From Mobula hypostoma (lineage: Eukaryota), in NCBI RefSeq assembly GCF_963921235.1, contig NC_086108.1, forward strand, positions 64,792,001 through 64,856,000: a stretch of 64,000 bases of DNA, written 5' to 3'. Below the pieces are notes generated by a model. The model saw nothing but the letters and a program-made list of their open reading frames with translations, was not told the DNA's origin and searched no databases. This document shows, piece after piece, positions 25,627 to 39,599 of the stretch. The position numbers and the translations under genes were made by a program. Numbering within the stretch: the first letter of the stretch is position 1; each line of letters begins with the position of its first letter.

Positions 25627-26829
25627 GGAAATAGAACTGAACAAGCTCACCTGTTAAGTCAGTAAGCCACCTTGGCATTTGAACTTGACTGTCATCTGAT
25701 TGAACAGTAAACAAAATTAATTTTTTTTCATTCTCTGGCAAGTGTTCACTAACTCGTATTTTCTTAGGAGTACATTAGGTGTATGCAGAATCTGTAGTTA
25801 TTACAGCTGTAAAGAACATCGTGTATTGTTTTTACTTTTAGCGGTTATCTCAATTAAATTCTCTGCCATTAAGCTGATTATGTCAGTTTACTGAAACTGT
25901 ATTAATAATAGCAATATAAATTCTCTTTAAAATTGTACTGTTTGGTCAAGCTAATCTAAGTATGTTATATGCCTGACAAAAGGTAAGAAGGGAAGGCCTT
26001 CTGAAACTAAACTATATTAAATCAAATTACACATCTATAGATGGATACAATCTTATGTCATTTGAGTAGACCTTTGCACCCTACAGATGGTTCCTGCATG
26101 CATAATGAATTCCTTTAATGAGACTGAGAGCTCTCGATGTTCCCTAATTTCCCACATGATCCATAAATGACCACTGTAATCAGCTGAAGTTAACATGGAC
26201 AACAAGGAAAGTGTCCTTGTTACACAGGGTCCAGAGACTGGCAAAGGCCATTGAGGAATGGAATTTTTCCCTAGGCACGTGTTCATTAGTTACACCCTGG
26301 CATATCCATTTTAGTGTCAGTGAATGATTTCAGACATTCATATGGATAATGCAAAAGATGATAATCTGAGGAACTGAGACGCTATCTTCAAGCAAATTTC
26401 TTGCCTCCGAATTTATGAAAGTTTCTATTGTGAGCCTCAGCCACATGAAATACATCCTTCAAATGCAGTCTCTGATAAATTGGTCAAACTATAAGTGACT
26501 TTAGTGTTGACTTGAAGAGCTGAATTTTGCTGAAAGGCAACCATAAATACTCTGCAGAGAAAATTACATGCAGCTGAAGGATGTTGCCTTGAAATAATTA
26601 GCAGGGATCGTTCACCACCTAAAAGCTACTCCACCTGCTTTATTTTTTTTTCAAAGCCATACACTTTCAAGGCCAGGCAATGTTCTTCATTTTAAACACA
26701 AGTATGGCTTCTGCCATTCTTGCTATCAGAGGGGTCTGGGTTGAGTTATGAGCCATTTTGTTTCTTCATTCATACGCTAGCATCAATTTTTAAAATTTGC
26801 TCTTTTTGGGGGGTGGCGGGGTATAGGAC

Positions 26830-29300
26830 TTTACTGATAGGACTTGGATTAATTGCATATCCCTGGTTGGTTTTGAGACAGTGGTGCGAACTGACCTCTT
26901 TAACCACTGCAGTCATTCTGGTGAACGTATCCTACAATGCAGTAGAGGGAGGAATACTACTGGAATAGCCTAGGTGCATTAAGTAGATGGTATATACTGA
27001 CCCAGTGTGCAATACTCATGTAGGGAATAATTGTTTAGCAGGTTCAATGGCGTGTCAATCATCTGACTGCTTTGTCTTATTTGTTGTAACACATCTTGAG
27101 ATTTGTTTGATAAAAAGAAGTAAAGAAAATTCCAACACAGATCTAAGTTGCCTTGTTGGGAGGTGAGTTGCTCTGATCAACTTTTGTAGCCTAGGTATTT
27201 GGGTGGCTGGATCTGTAGAGTTCTGGTCAATTGTGACCATAGTTTATTGATTGTGGCACATTTTTTGATGGTAATAGAACATAGTACATAAAACAGTACA
27301 GCGCAGGAATAGGCCCTTCAGTTTATACTGTTGTTCCAAACATTTAAGACGAGTAATTGAATGTGTAACTAATCTCTTCTGCTTACGCAATACGTATATT
27401 CTTCATTCTCTGCACATTGATGTACCTAAGAGCCTCTTAAACATTGTGAAGATACTATTTGCCCTCATGATCATTCTTGCCAGTGCATTCCAAGCATCCA
27501 ACACTCTGTGTGTAAAAAAAAAAGCACTTGCCCCCATATACTCCGTTTGAATTTACCCCCCCCCCACCTTAAATGCACACCCTCTAATACTAGATTCCAG
27601 AGGGAAAAAAAGGATACTGGTTGCCTCTCACAATCTTGTAAACTTCTATCAGGTCTCCCCTCAACTTTTATCATAGAGTAATGTCTAAGGTGGTAATTAG
27701 GCTTGCTTTTATTGGAGTTGGTCTTTACTCACGCCTGAATGTTGCTGCATGTTGCAGCACAGATTGTTTCATATGCTGATGAATTATGAATAAAATGAAA
27801 AATTGTGCAGTCTTCAGCAAACAACCCCATTTCCATCCCTAATAGGAGGAAGGTCATGGATGAGCCAGCTAAAGGTGGTTGGCCCTAGGACACTACCGTG
27901 AGGAACTCCTTCACCAGTACAGTAGTCAAGTCAGGTTTATTGACTACATCCGTGTATATAACACATATAACCATACAATGTAAATAGAAATGAGACAATG
28001 TTTCCTGGAATCAGAGTGCAAAGCAGAGTAGTACACGTAACACGAGGTAATTTATGAAGGTAAGGATAAAATGTACAGATGAATCACTCATAAATACCCA
28101 ACTAAAGTGCATTAATATTAAATATTGTAAGGTACTGAACAGATTAACCAGTGATAATACGATGTGGCCGGGAGCAGGCCTGAGATAGTTAAGCTCCAGC
28201 AGCCATGAGCATCGTCCTTTGCCTCGTGATGTCAAAGGCTATCACTCTCACCTTGCCTAGGAATTCATCTCTGTCTTATGCAAGGTGTAATGAAATCTGA
28301 CGTTTGAGTTTACTTTTCAAAATCTAAACTGGACATTGATGCACAGATTGTTGATGAGGAAGTGCCATTTGATAGTTCTCATGATGAGATATTCCATCAC
28401 CTTGCTGAGGATTGAAAGTGGACTGATTGAGCCTAATTAACTCCATTGGATTTGTCCTGCTTTGTGTGAACCTTACATAGCTGGAGGAATTTTCCACATG
28501 GTTGGGTAAATTCTGATGTTGTAAGTGTACTCAATCAGACTGGCTAGAGGTAGTATGATTAGACATTGTTTCTGGAATATGGGACTTGGGGACTACAGCT
28601 GATATATTGTTTGGCCCCATTGTCAGTGGACCGTTGCTTTTTGCAAACATGACTGTTAAATCAAATTGGTTATTGTAATGGTCAGGAGAAAGCTTACATA
28701 CAGTAGGTTTTCCATTTGACATTTTTGGTACAGCATGCTTGCAAATGCTTCAGAGCAATAGGTGAGGATAAGGTCAAGTATGATTAGCACTCACATTGTT
28801 TCATTCACTACTGCAGCTGTTACACTTCATCCTGCATTGTTGTTTAACCTTGTTCTACCTCAATGCACAGTGTAATGATTTGATCTGTATGACAGTGTTA
28901 AGGCATGCTTTCACTGTATCATGATACGTGGGGCAATAATACACCAATACCAGTACCCACCAAAGGCCCATTCTAGCAGCCATGTTCTTTAGGACTCAGC
29001 CAGTCAGTACAGGTGCTACCAAGCCTCTTGTGGTGATGGACATTGGATACGATATATTCTGAAATGAGTGCAATGGCATCTTCCTCTCACCTGTAGCCAA
29101 CTGTACTGCCCCTTCTCTTGGATCTGGTTTGCCCACAGGACTGGATATAACCAGACGTTATTATAGGGGTGTGTAGAACAATCTGAAGAATAATTTTGTT
29201 AACCATTTGATGTTTCTTGGCTGCTCTGTAGACAAGTGCCCCAATTTAGACACTTTTCCCTGTTGAGTCTACATGGTCAATTGGACTGGGTGCTACTTGG
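26830..29300 (-). mobile_element. Old degenerate LINE (CR1/L2-like) with younger nested tails
   Basis: Antisense RT/EN-like text (ggccctaggacactaccgtgaggaactcct, antisense of GVPxGSVLGP, near 27880); similar fragments at 6190-6480 and 50730-51300; nested tails at about 27275-27680, 27925-28200 and 28810-28955. Confidence 0.55.
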
Positions 29301-29854
29301 CCATTGTGGTATGATGTCCTCATAAAAAGCCTACAGCCTCACATTTCTTATATCATATGACGCCCCCCCCCCCACTATCTCTCAGCCCCTCTTCCAGCAA
29401 TGGGAACCTAAATATCGTCAGCTTCTTTTGAAGAGAGAAATTTCATGATCTTCTTTCCCCAACATGGAGCAAGAACTGTGAAAACCAGTGAACAGCTCGA
29501 ACTTTAAAAGATTAGTGATCATTCCTGCAGACACCTTGATAGCCATGGGCATTGACATTCTTACGTTCATCTCAGATTGCATTAGTGGCTGCAGCAGATC
29601 TCAGATTGAGAAAGCATTCTTTCAAGGTTCATGTAATCTGTCACATGAGGTAATACTTGTTGAGATTTAGCTAGGAAATTTGCTCCCTGTCTATCCTGAG
29701 CTGATTTCCCTTCCTGTTAACTGTTCTTCCCTCCTGCCTCTTACTCCCTCTTCCACCAATTGTCATACACAGTACGATTTCTGCAACTGAACTAACTCAG
29801 AGAAGAAGCAGAAGGAGAGGAGGGAAGCTGAAAATATACAGATCTATCAAAAAT

Positions 29855-30030
29855 GTGTTTTTAAGTGTAAAAATTCTGGGTCTTCTTCTATGTGTTATTT
29901 ATGTAAATGATTTGAATGTGAAAGTACAAGGCATAATTCATCAATTTGCATTTGATACTAAAATAAGAAGTATCATAGTCAGTGAAGGTTATCAAAAATT
30001 GCAAGGGTGTCTTGATCAGCTAGGTACAGT
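29855..30030 (+). mobile_element. CR1 RT core fragment
   Basis: ORF: ILGLLLCVIYVNDL...QFAFDTKI...YQKLQGCLDQL. Confidence 0.75.
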
Positions 30031-30625
30031 ATGTGGGCCAAAGTTTGACAAATATCGACAGATGATGTATCTTTTTCATTACGCTTGTGGCTTATTTTGT
30101 CTCTCAGATTACCCTTAATCACAGGAAACCAATAATCAGGTTATAGCAATATTTTTGCAAAACAATCAGTGGATTATTTGTACAGGATGTATTTTTCACT
30201 GACCCTTGCTCAAATATCTTGCTTTATAGAGAGAAAATCTGGTTTATTTGAAGTACAGTGAGTATTATGTTAAAGTTGAAGGGTTAACACACCAACCAGT
30301 TTTAATTCATGGTTATAATGACAGAATTCCTTGGACACTAAGGAGAACTTTAGAACTGGTTGGAAAGAACATGAGATAGAGCTGAAAACTTTAGAGAGAA
30401 AGTACAAAACAAATTGACAAGTGAAGTGAAGGAAGGAAGTATATCCACAAAATCTGACGTTACTTTTATGTTAAACCGGATAAATAAACTTTGGAAATAA
30501 TGTGAAGTCATGAATTTTAGATTTTGTAAAATTTTGGTAGCTTGGAAGGGAAATCTATGACTTGTTTTTGAAGGGAAAAATGGGGTATTCAAAAAACAAC
30601 TGGAGAAAAAAATAGGTTAAAGATA

Positions 30626-31596
30626 CTGTGAATTCCATTTAACTGTGGCACATTTTGGCCCAATTAAACAGCTGCCCCAATTTGCCAACGTTTCATGGAA
30701 ATAGTTAAAAAGGTATAAAAAAAAGACAAACTACCATCTACCTGAGTAACAAATTATGTATTTAAATGAAACAATGAGCAAATTAAAACATTATCAATAC
30801 TAGTGGTGATTGTCCCTCCTATTCAACGATGACAGGAAACCTCTGTGGGAGAGTTTTTAAAGTGGAGAGGACATTGCACTGGGGCAGTTACACTCTCTGG
30901 ACCTCGGAAGTCTAGGTCCAGTGATAGTCACAACTTCCTTGGTTGCAGTGGATGACCAGTTCCTCATCATGCCTTTCACTTTTCATGGAGCTTTGCTGAG
31001 CTGCCTTCCTGACCATTAGATTTCGCTGTAGATCTCGTCCGCACAGTCCAGTGGAGCTGGCTGTGCATGATAGGACAGTGTACCTATCTCACAGGGGTAC
31101 GAAACCTACCAGCTACGCTCACCTGATTGAGCCCGCCTGTCAAAGCCGTATACCGAGGAGTGGCCATTGTCCCAGGCAAACAGCTGCTTGGAGCCACATA
31201 TGAGAGTTGAGTGTCTTCTGGGGACCAAAGGTAACATTCATGATTGTTGATACTTTCAACTTCTTCATGGTTCCTAACTTGAAGTAGTGAAATTGTTTCA
31301 TTTTCACTTCTGGCTGTTTCTGGCATTTTCAAGCCTGAATGCTTGAAACCACAGTGAGCAAATCAGTTCTGAATTGTCTTATTGCTAATTTCTTGGCAAC
31401 TATTACTGCTTTTTTAACATAAGCGCACACAACTGATGCTAGTTAGAAACTGTTCTGCAACAGTCTCCTGTCCCAATTAAGCAGTACAGTATTCAAAATA
31501 AACGAGGAGAAACCTATTTTCTTGATTAGTTTAAGAGTTGTCCCAAATAAGTGGTGGCCCTGATTAACTGATGACCCAATTAACTGGAACCCACTG
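30626..31596. mobile_element. Tigger/pogo-type non-autonomous element with a nested repeat at about 30805-31245
   Basis: TA-flanked imperfect TIRs ctgtgaattccatttaact / aattaactggaacccactg; internal cccaattaa subterminal repeats at both ends; the GC-richer insert resembles an RTE 5' UTR. Confidence 0.7.
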
Positions 31597-34258
31597 TATA
31601 TGTATTTCCAAACAATTACAACATGAAGGAAAAAATGGTGAATGTCAAGGTAATGGCACTGAGGACTGTTGACAAATCAATCAATTGGATTTCATTTTGT
31701 AGAACTTTGAAGATTCCTTTTCTTAAATTACTATATGAGGCAGCATTGTTCCAAGTTTGGTCTTGATGTGATTGATAGAAAAATCCCATAACTATGCCAG
31801 CTAGCCAAAAACGTATTGTAATATAGCATGTACGGCAGGGATTATTTAATATGTTAATTAAAAAATCACATCTGCAGTTATGTAGGCTTAATGCTAAGAG
31901 ATAAGTGTTAAATGCAATTTGTTCAGAAAGGAATAATCTCTGCATAATCGCTCATCTATTTTTATATGGGAGCTACAGTATTTGAAATCAAATCTGACAA
32001 TGTTAGAATGCCTACACTTCTTTGCTTTGCGCTGCTTAACTAGTTCATCCTGTAACTTTTAGCAGAGTGTGGTGTCTGTCTAACAGTGTCTGTAACTATT
32101 CCTGTGCATTCTTTAGCCCATTCACATAGCAGCCTAATCACTAAACTGTAAATCTAATGTAACAATCTTGACCACCAGAATACTGCAGATACGAGGGAGA
32201 AAAGTTGCCAATCTCATTTTACTTCGTTGAAGTTTATTCAAGTCTCCAGTAACATTTCTTTTTTGATTTCAGAAGATCCTGCAGTAATTGCAGGCAAAGT
32301 TATTAATTTGAAAAGTGAAGGATTACTTGCAATGATGTTGTAATGAATGTAATTATAACCCCAATTCTAATGCTGTGCTGTCCACTATCAGCCACCCAGA
32401 ATCGCACCAAATTTTTTTCATGATTACTTATGACTTTATGGTTTAGCTTGCACCTCTTAAGAGTATAAATTCCTTTGTCTACATGATTACTTGCAATAGC
32501 TGAGTGCACTTCTAATCTTTTAAAGGAGTGCTGCCCCCTACCCTAGTTAAAATCAATGTAGCCGCACTAATTGTTTATTCACAATGTACCTCTACACTTC
32601 ATAGTATTTTATGTTTCTGCACTCGCTGTGAAGGATAGCAAACTTCAGAAGGTATCACACCCATAAAGGGAATGTGACAGATTAGAAGTGCTCTATATCC
32701 AAGATCGTTACAACATTATGTGATTTTATCATCTTGTTTGTCTATCTGTGAGGAGTAGTGCAAACAAAGATACATTAGTTAGTGATATTCTCTGATACTG
32801 CACCCAAGTGGCCATTTTTCATCAATAAAAGTGTACAGCAAACTGCCCTGTCCCTGAACCATTATAACTGATCTCAGTTCTCTCCTGGTGTCCACGTAGA
32901 TTGTCGGTTAATTATCAGGAGTTGGGCCTGGCTTAATTTTTTTTATCTGACGATTAAGCAAAGCACGATTAGGAGCCATTTTTGGTCTTCAGTCAGAAGT
33001 CAGTAATAAAACACACCATAAATATATGTCTGTTTTTCCATTCAGCTTTTGTGGGAATAATTGCCTGGAACTTTTTTAAAAACACTTTTTTCACTGTAAT
33101 TGTTACTAAATGGAAAAACATCAAATTACATTATATAAGGTGATGAGCAACTAACTGCCCCTATTAAAATGACATTCAGCATGATTAAAGTGTAGTGTAT
33201 TAGAACCTAATAATGAGTTCAATTAAATGATTTCACCTGAGAAAGAACAGGATGTTAGTGCAAAAGGGGGAGGCAATGAAGATCATATCTAAGCAGAAGA
33301 AATCTTTAAGAATCATTGACAACTTAATAGTTGTTTGAACATGCAAAGGCAGGATTTTGCTTTGATTTTTATGAGGATTAAAGACTCAGCCAGTCCTTAC
33401 AAAGTTTCTGAGGGTCATTGCCACTGCACAATTTTGTCAGTTGACCAAGCTTATTGCCAACTTGTCTAATTCCTGTGCTAAATCAGGATCACCTTGTTAT
33501 CTTTAAAATGCCCAGCCCACAAATGTTTTCATTTTCAGTTCTGTTTGCATACTCTACTAGAAATGCACATCCTTCTGCCATTTTGATCAAATATGTGCCA
33601 AAAGCTGTGCAGATTAATTGCGATGCTATGTCAAAAAAAAAATCCTCTACTTTAGATGGTTTTTCCCTCCATTTCTAACTTCTGCTGCAATTGCAATCCA
33701 CCATGTCAACCAAGTGGTCAAGCATCATGTGCAAATTTGCATAGCAAGAATTGACCAGCTGTCTGACAGTAGGAAATATCATAGCTGAGTTTTGCTTTTA
33801 AATTCTTTTCAACAAGGGTCACAGGATGGAAATTAAGAGCTGGTATGCCCTTGCCCAAGTGCATCGAGACTAGTTAAAATACTTAACTGTAGCTTGGGGT
33901 GAAATCTAAGCAGATTTTGTTGAGGAGAGATTTTAACAGACAAATTGAACACAAAACCCTCTTACAATGCAGTCATCTGGTCGTATGAATTTCATAAATT
34001 AGAGGAATTTCTGAATATTACCTGCAAATGACTTTTTCCTGGAAATAAAATGTTATTGATTTTCAATTGTCCTATGCATATATCAATAATGCAAACAAAA
34101 CTCATCTCGCATTCAATATGTTGCTGCCTTAAAATTTGTGACTCTTATTTTTGGACTTTGGCTTGTGCATTTCGTTGTGTCTGGATTCTATGCTTTCTTT
34201 TCGGCATAGAAAATCTAAATGCTTTAAAGTTCTACTAGTTCTACAGGGATGGAGATGG

Positions 34259-34487
34259 GATTGGTGGTGTAGAAGTTAATCAGCAGCAAATAAGATTGAA
34301 ACAGCCCTTGCTTTTTAAAACACAGGTTAGTTGTACACAAAATTAGTATCTGGCTATGCAGTTTTGAGGATATTTAACATTGCACTGCATAGCCAGATAC
34401 TAATTTTGTGTACAACTAACCTGTGTTTTAAAAAGCAAGGGCTGTTTCAATCTTATTTGCTGCTGATTAACTTCTACACCACCAATC
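34259..34487. repeat. Perfect 104-bp inverted repeat with 21-nt spacer
   Basis: 34259-34362 is the exact reverse complement of 34384-34487, checked base by base. Confidence 0.97.
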
Positions 34488-37019
34488 AACTGTGGTTCTA
34501 CATTTTACGGTGACATCATTCCAAATATTTTTGCTGATAAAGCGGAGTTCAATCTGGGTATAATAAGACCCACTTTATTGCTTTTAGATTGGTACAGTTT
34601 ACCTCTTCTATATTTATTAACCTTCCCCAAGGAAGGGGACACTATCTGGGGAGGCCTGCAGGGTTTCTGTTTTCTGTTGTATTTTACTTCCCTGTGAGAC
34701 TTGCAGCATCAGCTTACTGTAGGAACTAATGCCATTGTCTTGTCTTTGTCGAAAGGTCAAAACTGAATAAAAAGCACAATATCCACCATCAGAGTACAAA
34801 GAAAATATTGACTTTCCTAATCCAGTTTCGCTGAAGGGTGAGAGAATTAAATTAGTTATCTGGGTGAAGAAATCGAGAGCCTATGAGAAAAGATAAAGGA
34901 GGCAGTTGTGTTTTCTCTGGGAGCTTTCGGCCCAAGATGCGCAGGTGTGTCACCCGATCCATGACTTGCATCGATCGAGCTGTGCAAATGCATATTTAAT
35001 TAGTGCAGGGACTTGGATTGCATTATGGCCCTGAAGTTCGCATTGAACGGACTGTCAGGCTTTGTGAATGTTCTCCCCTGGTTCGTTGTTCAAGGCGCTT
35101 CTGCACTGTGTCTGAGCAGCTAAAAGTTTCTTTGTTTTTAGCTGCTGATGCGTAGCACACTGCTGAGGGGAATACAAACAAGTAAAGTCTTAAAGTGTTT
35201 ATTTTTGTCTGGAAATAAGGCTGAGGCAACATGATGAGAGACGAGGGATGTGAGGCTGATGCCGAATACTGATGAGATTCCCATTGGAGTGAATGTATTT
35301 TCCCCATTTTACTAAATGACATTCTCAATAAAAATGTGTAGCCTATCATTTGTCTATTTTAATTCTTACATTTCTAACATTTTAAACCTGTAATATCCCA
35401 CAGATTTCCCATAAGATTTACAGTGTGATTCCCATATCCTTCACCAGTCTGGTGGTCTCGCTCTAACTTTTGTCTGGAGAAACTGAAAGACAGTTGCAAT
35501 AAAAAATAGTTTCTGTGGACTGACAAAATAAGAAGTTTGAAAGGGATTATGATTACTCGAGGTTGGCAAGGACCATCATCTCAGTATTATGCAGAAAAAC
35601 AATGATTTAGTTTGCAAAGTCACTAACTCTGCAAACAGATTCTATTTCATGATAAATGCTGCATCATGTTTCTCAGTTTCTTCTTCTTACACAACTTATG
35701 ACAAGGAAAGCTGGTGGAACATATTTCATGCAGTTTTAGCTGTGATTGCATAGAATGTCTGAATAAAATATTAATATTAAAGATTTTTATGGATAAATTG
35801 ATATAATTGGTTGTTGAATTGCATCTTATGCAATTTAAAGTGAAGGTTTATTTTTTGAGAACAGAACAATTTTTGACAAACTTACAGTATTTTGAAACCT
35901 TTTTTTAAGCACAGCTGTATTAAATCTATTAATCTATTTCTCAGCCTACTTGGGGATACACACTCTGGAACGGTTCTAATCCCCAGACAATTTGTATGCC
36001 CTTTGATACTGTAGCTGAATCTAGCATAACCACTATTAAAATAGACTAACTGAGCACCCTAATAAATATGCAGATTTAAGTCCACATCTTAAGGCTAATA
36101 ACCCAAACTTTATGTGTATTAGCTGCTCAAAAAGTGAAAAAGTAATCTATGAAGAAGATATTGCTCTGGATATGGTTTCAGATGGTTTGGAATAAATATT
36201 AGGATCATGTTAACAGAACTGCTATTTAGGCACACTTTATCTGTCATTAATCATTGCATGTCTTTTTACACAAACCACAAAGCTAATTGTAAGTGGTTTA
36301 AAACTCCCTCAAAGGTTAAGCTTCCCCCAGCTACAACTACAAATTTAGATATGATCAGATGTTGAAATTTTAACCACAAATGATTCAGTTTTTGCACGGT
36401 GCCAGTTAACAGTGTAAGCTTTATTAGAATGTATGCATCAGATTATGTATACAGTATAGACCTAGATTGTAATTCATAATTTTTTTGATTTTGGGCAGAC
36501 TCTAAAGATGGGATAAAGCAAGATACTAGCATTGCACTAATACTGCATCTCACCTCCAACAAACTCCCTACTGGATTGGTGTTGCTGTACAGAATGAGGA
36601 GTTGTTCAATCTTTGTTGCCTCTGCTTTAGCTTCAGTAGTTGAATTACAGTACACAGACAATACTTGTAGATACATACACTGAGCAGCCAAGTCATCATT
36701 GACTCCTTCACTGAAGCATACCAAAAGGTTCCAAAACATACAAAAGGGTTGGCCTTGCACTGACCATATGGAAGACTCTTTCATGTCACATACTACCATT
36801 GCCAGACAATCACTGTTCACAAGGCTCTATAAATGTGGGTAACATGTTCTACGTCTTGGGAGTGACCACACAGTCAAGTAAGACATCAATTTAAAAATTC
36901 ACTACTGACTCCAGTGGACTAGGGCAACCTTTGTCCAAATATAGAAAAAATTACTTGAAGATCAATACCTCAAATCTGACACATTTGTTCTCCTGAGCAG
37001 TAGTGATTTGAACAAACTG

Positions 37020-37990
37020 TGGTCATCATCATTATGTGTCGTGTCGTATGATCATGGTCTTCCACCTACCTTTAATCAGCCCATGGGGAAGACCCCCGTC
37101 ATGCTATTGTACTTACTGTCTTCTCTATGCATGACCATGATTGTTCTTGGCAAGACTTTCTCCAGTAGTGTTTTACCATTGCTTTCTTCTGTGCAGTATC
37201 TTTACAACACAGGTGACCCCAGACATTATTAATACTTTTCAAAGATCGTCTGCCTGGTGTAGTGGTCGCATAACCAGGAGTTGTGATATGCACCAGCTGC
37301 TAATACGACCATCCACCACCTGATCCCATAGCTTCACTTAACCCTGATCGGGGCGGGATGGGGGGGTGCTAAACAGGTGCTACACCTTGCCAAGTGTGAC
37401 CTGCAGGCTAGCGGAGAGAAGGGATGCCCTACACCTCCTTTGGTAGAGACTTATCTGCATCTCACAACCCAGAAGTGAGGTTCTCCTAACTTTGCCTCTG
37501 GCATCCCCCAAATCCATTGTCAGATTAGACAAACTTATGTTTGTGTCCTCTCCCAGGCCAACATCCCCAGCATCAAAAATCTGATTATACTGAACTAGCT
37601 CCAGTGAGCAGGCCACATCATCCACCAGCCTGACCCCAGGCTTCTGTATGAACAATCTTATCAAGGTTCCAAAGGTTTTCAGGTCAGAGGAAATATTTCA
37701 AGGGCATTCTCAAAGTCTATGTGGGGGAAAATGTAACTTCCTCACTTGTTCAATGGAATCTCTAACCCATGACCATTGAACTGGAGATGGATGTCAGGTA
37801 AAGCACCTCAAGTCTCTATGGTAAGAGAATATGGATGCCACGTTAATGCAGAAGATGAAGTGCAGGATCTCCCAAACAGTTTTCCCACCCACTCTGGAAA
37901 GCAGCATGTGCTCCACCTGTGGCAGGCAGAGTCTGCAGTTTTATATTGGACTCTTCTCTCAACTCAGAACCCACAGAACTGGGATGAGAC
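37020..37990. mobile_element. RTE-type LINE/SINE remnants
   Basis: + strand near 37600-37680 resembles the RTE RT C-terminus (gcaggccacatcatccaccagcctgaccccagg); 37020-37460 looks like a separate interspersed repeat. Confidence 0.5.
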
Positions 37991-38539
37991 CAAATCGCTC
38001 TCAGCCCTGAAGAGACAAAAAGTAACCTTATAAGTACAATGATGCAGCGTTCATAGATTTAACAGGGAGGATGGATGGTGATTTATACAGATGTCATGTT
38101 AGAACGAGGAAGGGCATTCAGGTGAGGAGTGCTCATAACTTGACTGGGTTAACGAGATTGCTAAGTCCATATAGAGCAGATGTCTGCCAGGAAATTACTT
38201 AACATTTTTCTGCTTAATTTGACGTGCTCCACAAAGCTGGTTTGTAGGAGTGCTACTCCCTTTGTTTGTTTAACCTCCAAGCAGGCAGAGTCAGCAGAGC
38301 TAGTTTCATCTTGCCCATCTCTGAAGAGCTGCTTGCTTGAGAAGAACTCCAGTTTGGAGTGAAATCACTTCCAGAACTGACGCTACCAGCAATTTACCAC
38401 TTCTTTGCAGATTGGGCCATATTTACAATCGAGGCAGCACTGAAGGGCCACGTATAAGAAACATATTTTAACATTAACTGAATACAGCCAAGCATTGATA
38501 CTTGCAATTATTATTTAAAAATGCATATGACGTACTGTT

Positions 38540-39130
38540 CATTTCCCCCTCACCACTCCACAGATTTCTCCCACACAGCCTCACTCACTCTGTCATTACT
38601 GATTTCCCTGTTCCATTCACTCCCATCTCACTGTCCTACCCACCTCCTCACAGCCTCAGTCGCTCCCTATTTGCTCTTCCAGTCATTCACTTTTTACTCC
38701 CTCCTCAACTCACTGTTCCCCTCAGTCCCTCCTTCCAGCCCCTCACTGCCCCACATGTTCCTCATTGTTCCTGTGCCCATTCATTCCTTCCTCACTTCAC
38801 CACTCATTCACCCTCCTTTGCTCTCTGTACACCCTCATGCTCCCCTACTCCCTCCTCTCACTCCCCTGTTCTTGCCTTTATTATTCTTCCATTCACTACT
38901 TTCTTGCTCCTCCACTCACTCCCTCCTTGACGCTGCACCGTACAGAAAATTGTGTTTATACTCTGAAAGTCAGGCAGAATATTTGGGCAGAGAAGCAGAT
39001 TTAGCATTTCACGTCATTGACCGAGCATCATTACTGAAAGGTCTTCAACCCAAAATGTTAACTATTCTTTCTCCACCAGAGTTGCTGAATATTTCCTAGA
39101 TCGGACTTCTAGCAGCTGTAGTACTTTGTG
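38540..39130 (+). repeat. C/T-rich low-complexity tract followed by a degenerate Penelope-type terminal repeat
   Basis: Pyrimidine-rich 38540-38930; tactgaaaggtcttcaacccaaaatgttaact at about 39032-39063 resembles the reverse complement of the 6711-6747 motif. Confidence 0.5.
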
Positions 39131-39599
39131 TTCCAATATCAACAGTACAACTGATCATGCTTTGGATCTCCCTGTGATAGGTGAAGAAAAAGGGTTTTTC
39201 ACTAGAATGGCTTCGTTCTGACTGGACCGGTCATTAAGACCCCATTGAACCCCAGAAACCAGTGTAAACTGTACAATCTGAGATAAACTCTGGATTCAAT
39301 ATCTGAGCAAGTCAGAAAAATGAAGTAATTTGTTTTAAAGCTAACTGTTGACAGCTTCCTCTCAGAGGGCAAATATTTCTCACTCCTTAAAGTCAGGAAG
39401 TCAGATGCCTTTCCTGCCTGTTCACCACTGTGTTTTGTACATCAGCTTTATTTGGGAGTCTGTCTCTAACAGGTGTAGAACCGAGTAGGCAGACTGTGAC
39501 ATGGATGATAATTCAAAGAATTTTATAACCCATTGTGCCTATCCCAGTTCTTAAATAGGGCACTTTGAATTTGCAGTTGCCAGTGAGAGACTTGCACTC

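Noticed and set aside
34331..34513. 60-aa ORF over the inverted repeat, or a canonical miRNA
   Set aside because: Chance ORF; a perfect 104-bp stem is unlike a typical bulged pre-miRNA, and I recognise no known mature sequence.
38502..39099. Overlapping 142-aa and 192-aa ORFs
   Set aside because: Produced by a C/T-rich low-complexity tract that lacks stop codons; no domain or splice support.
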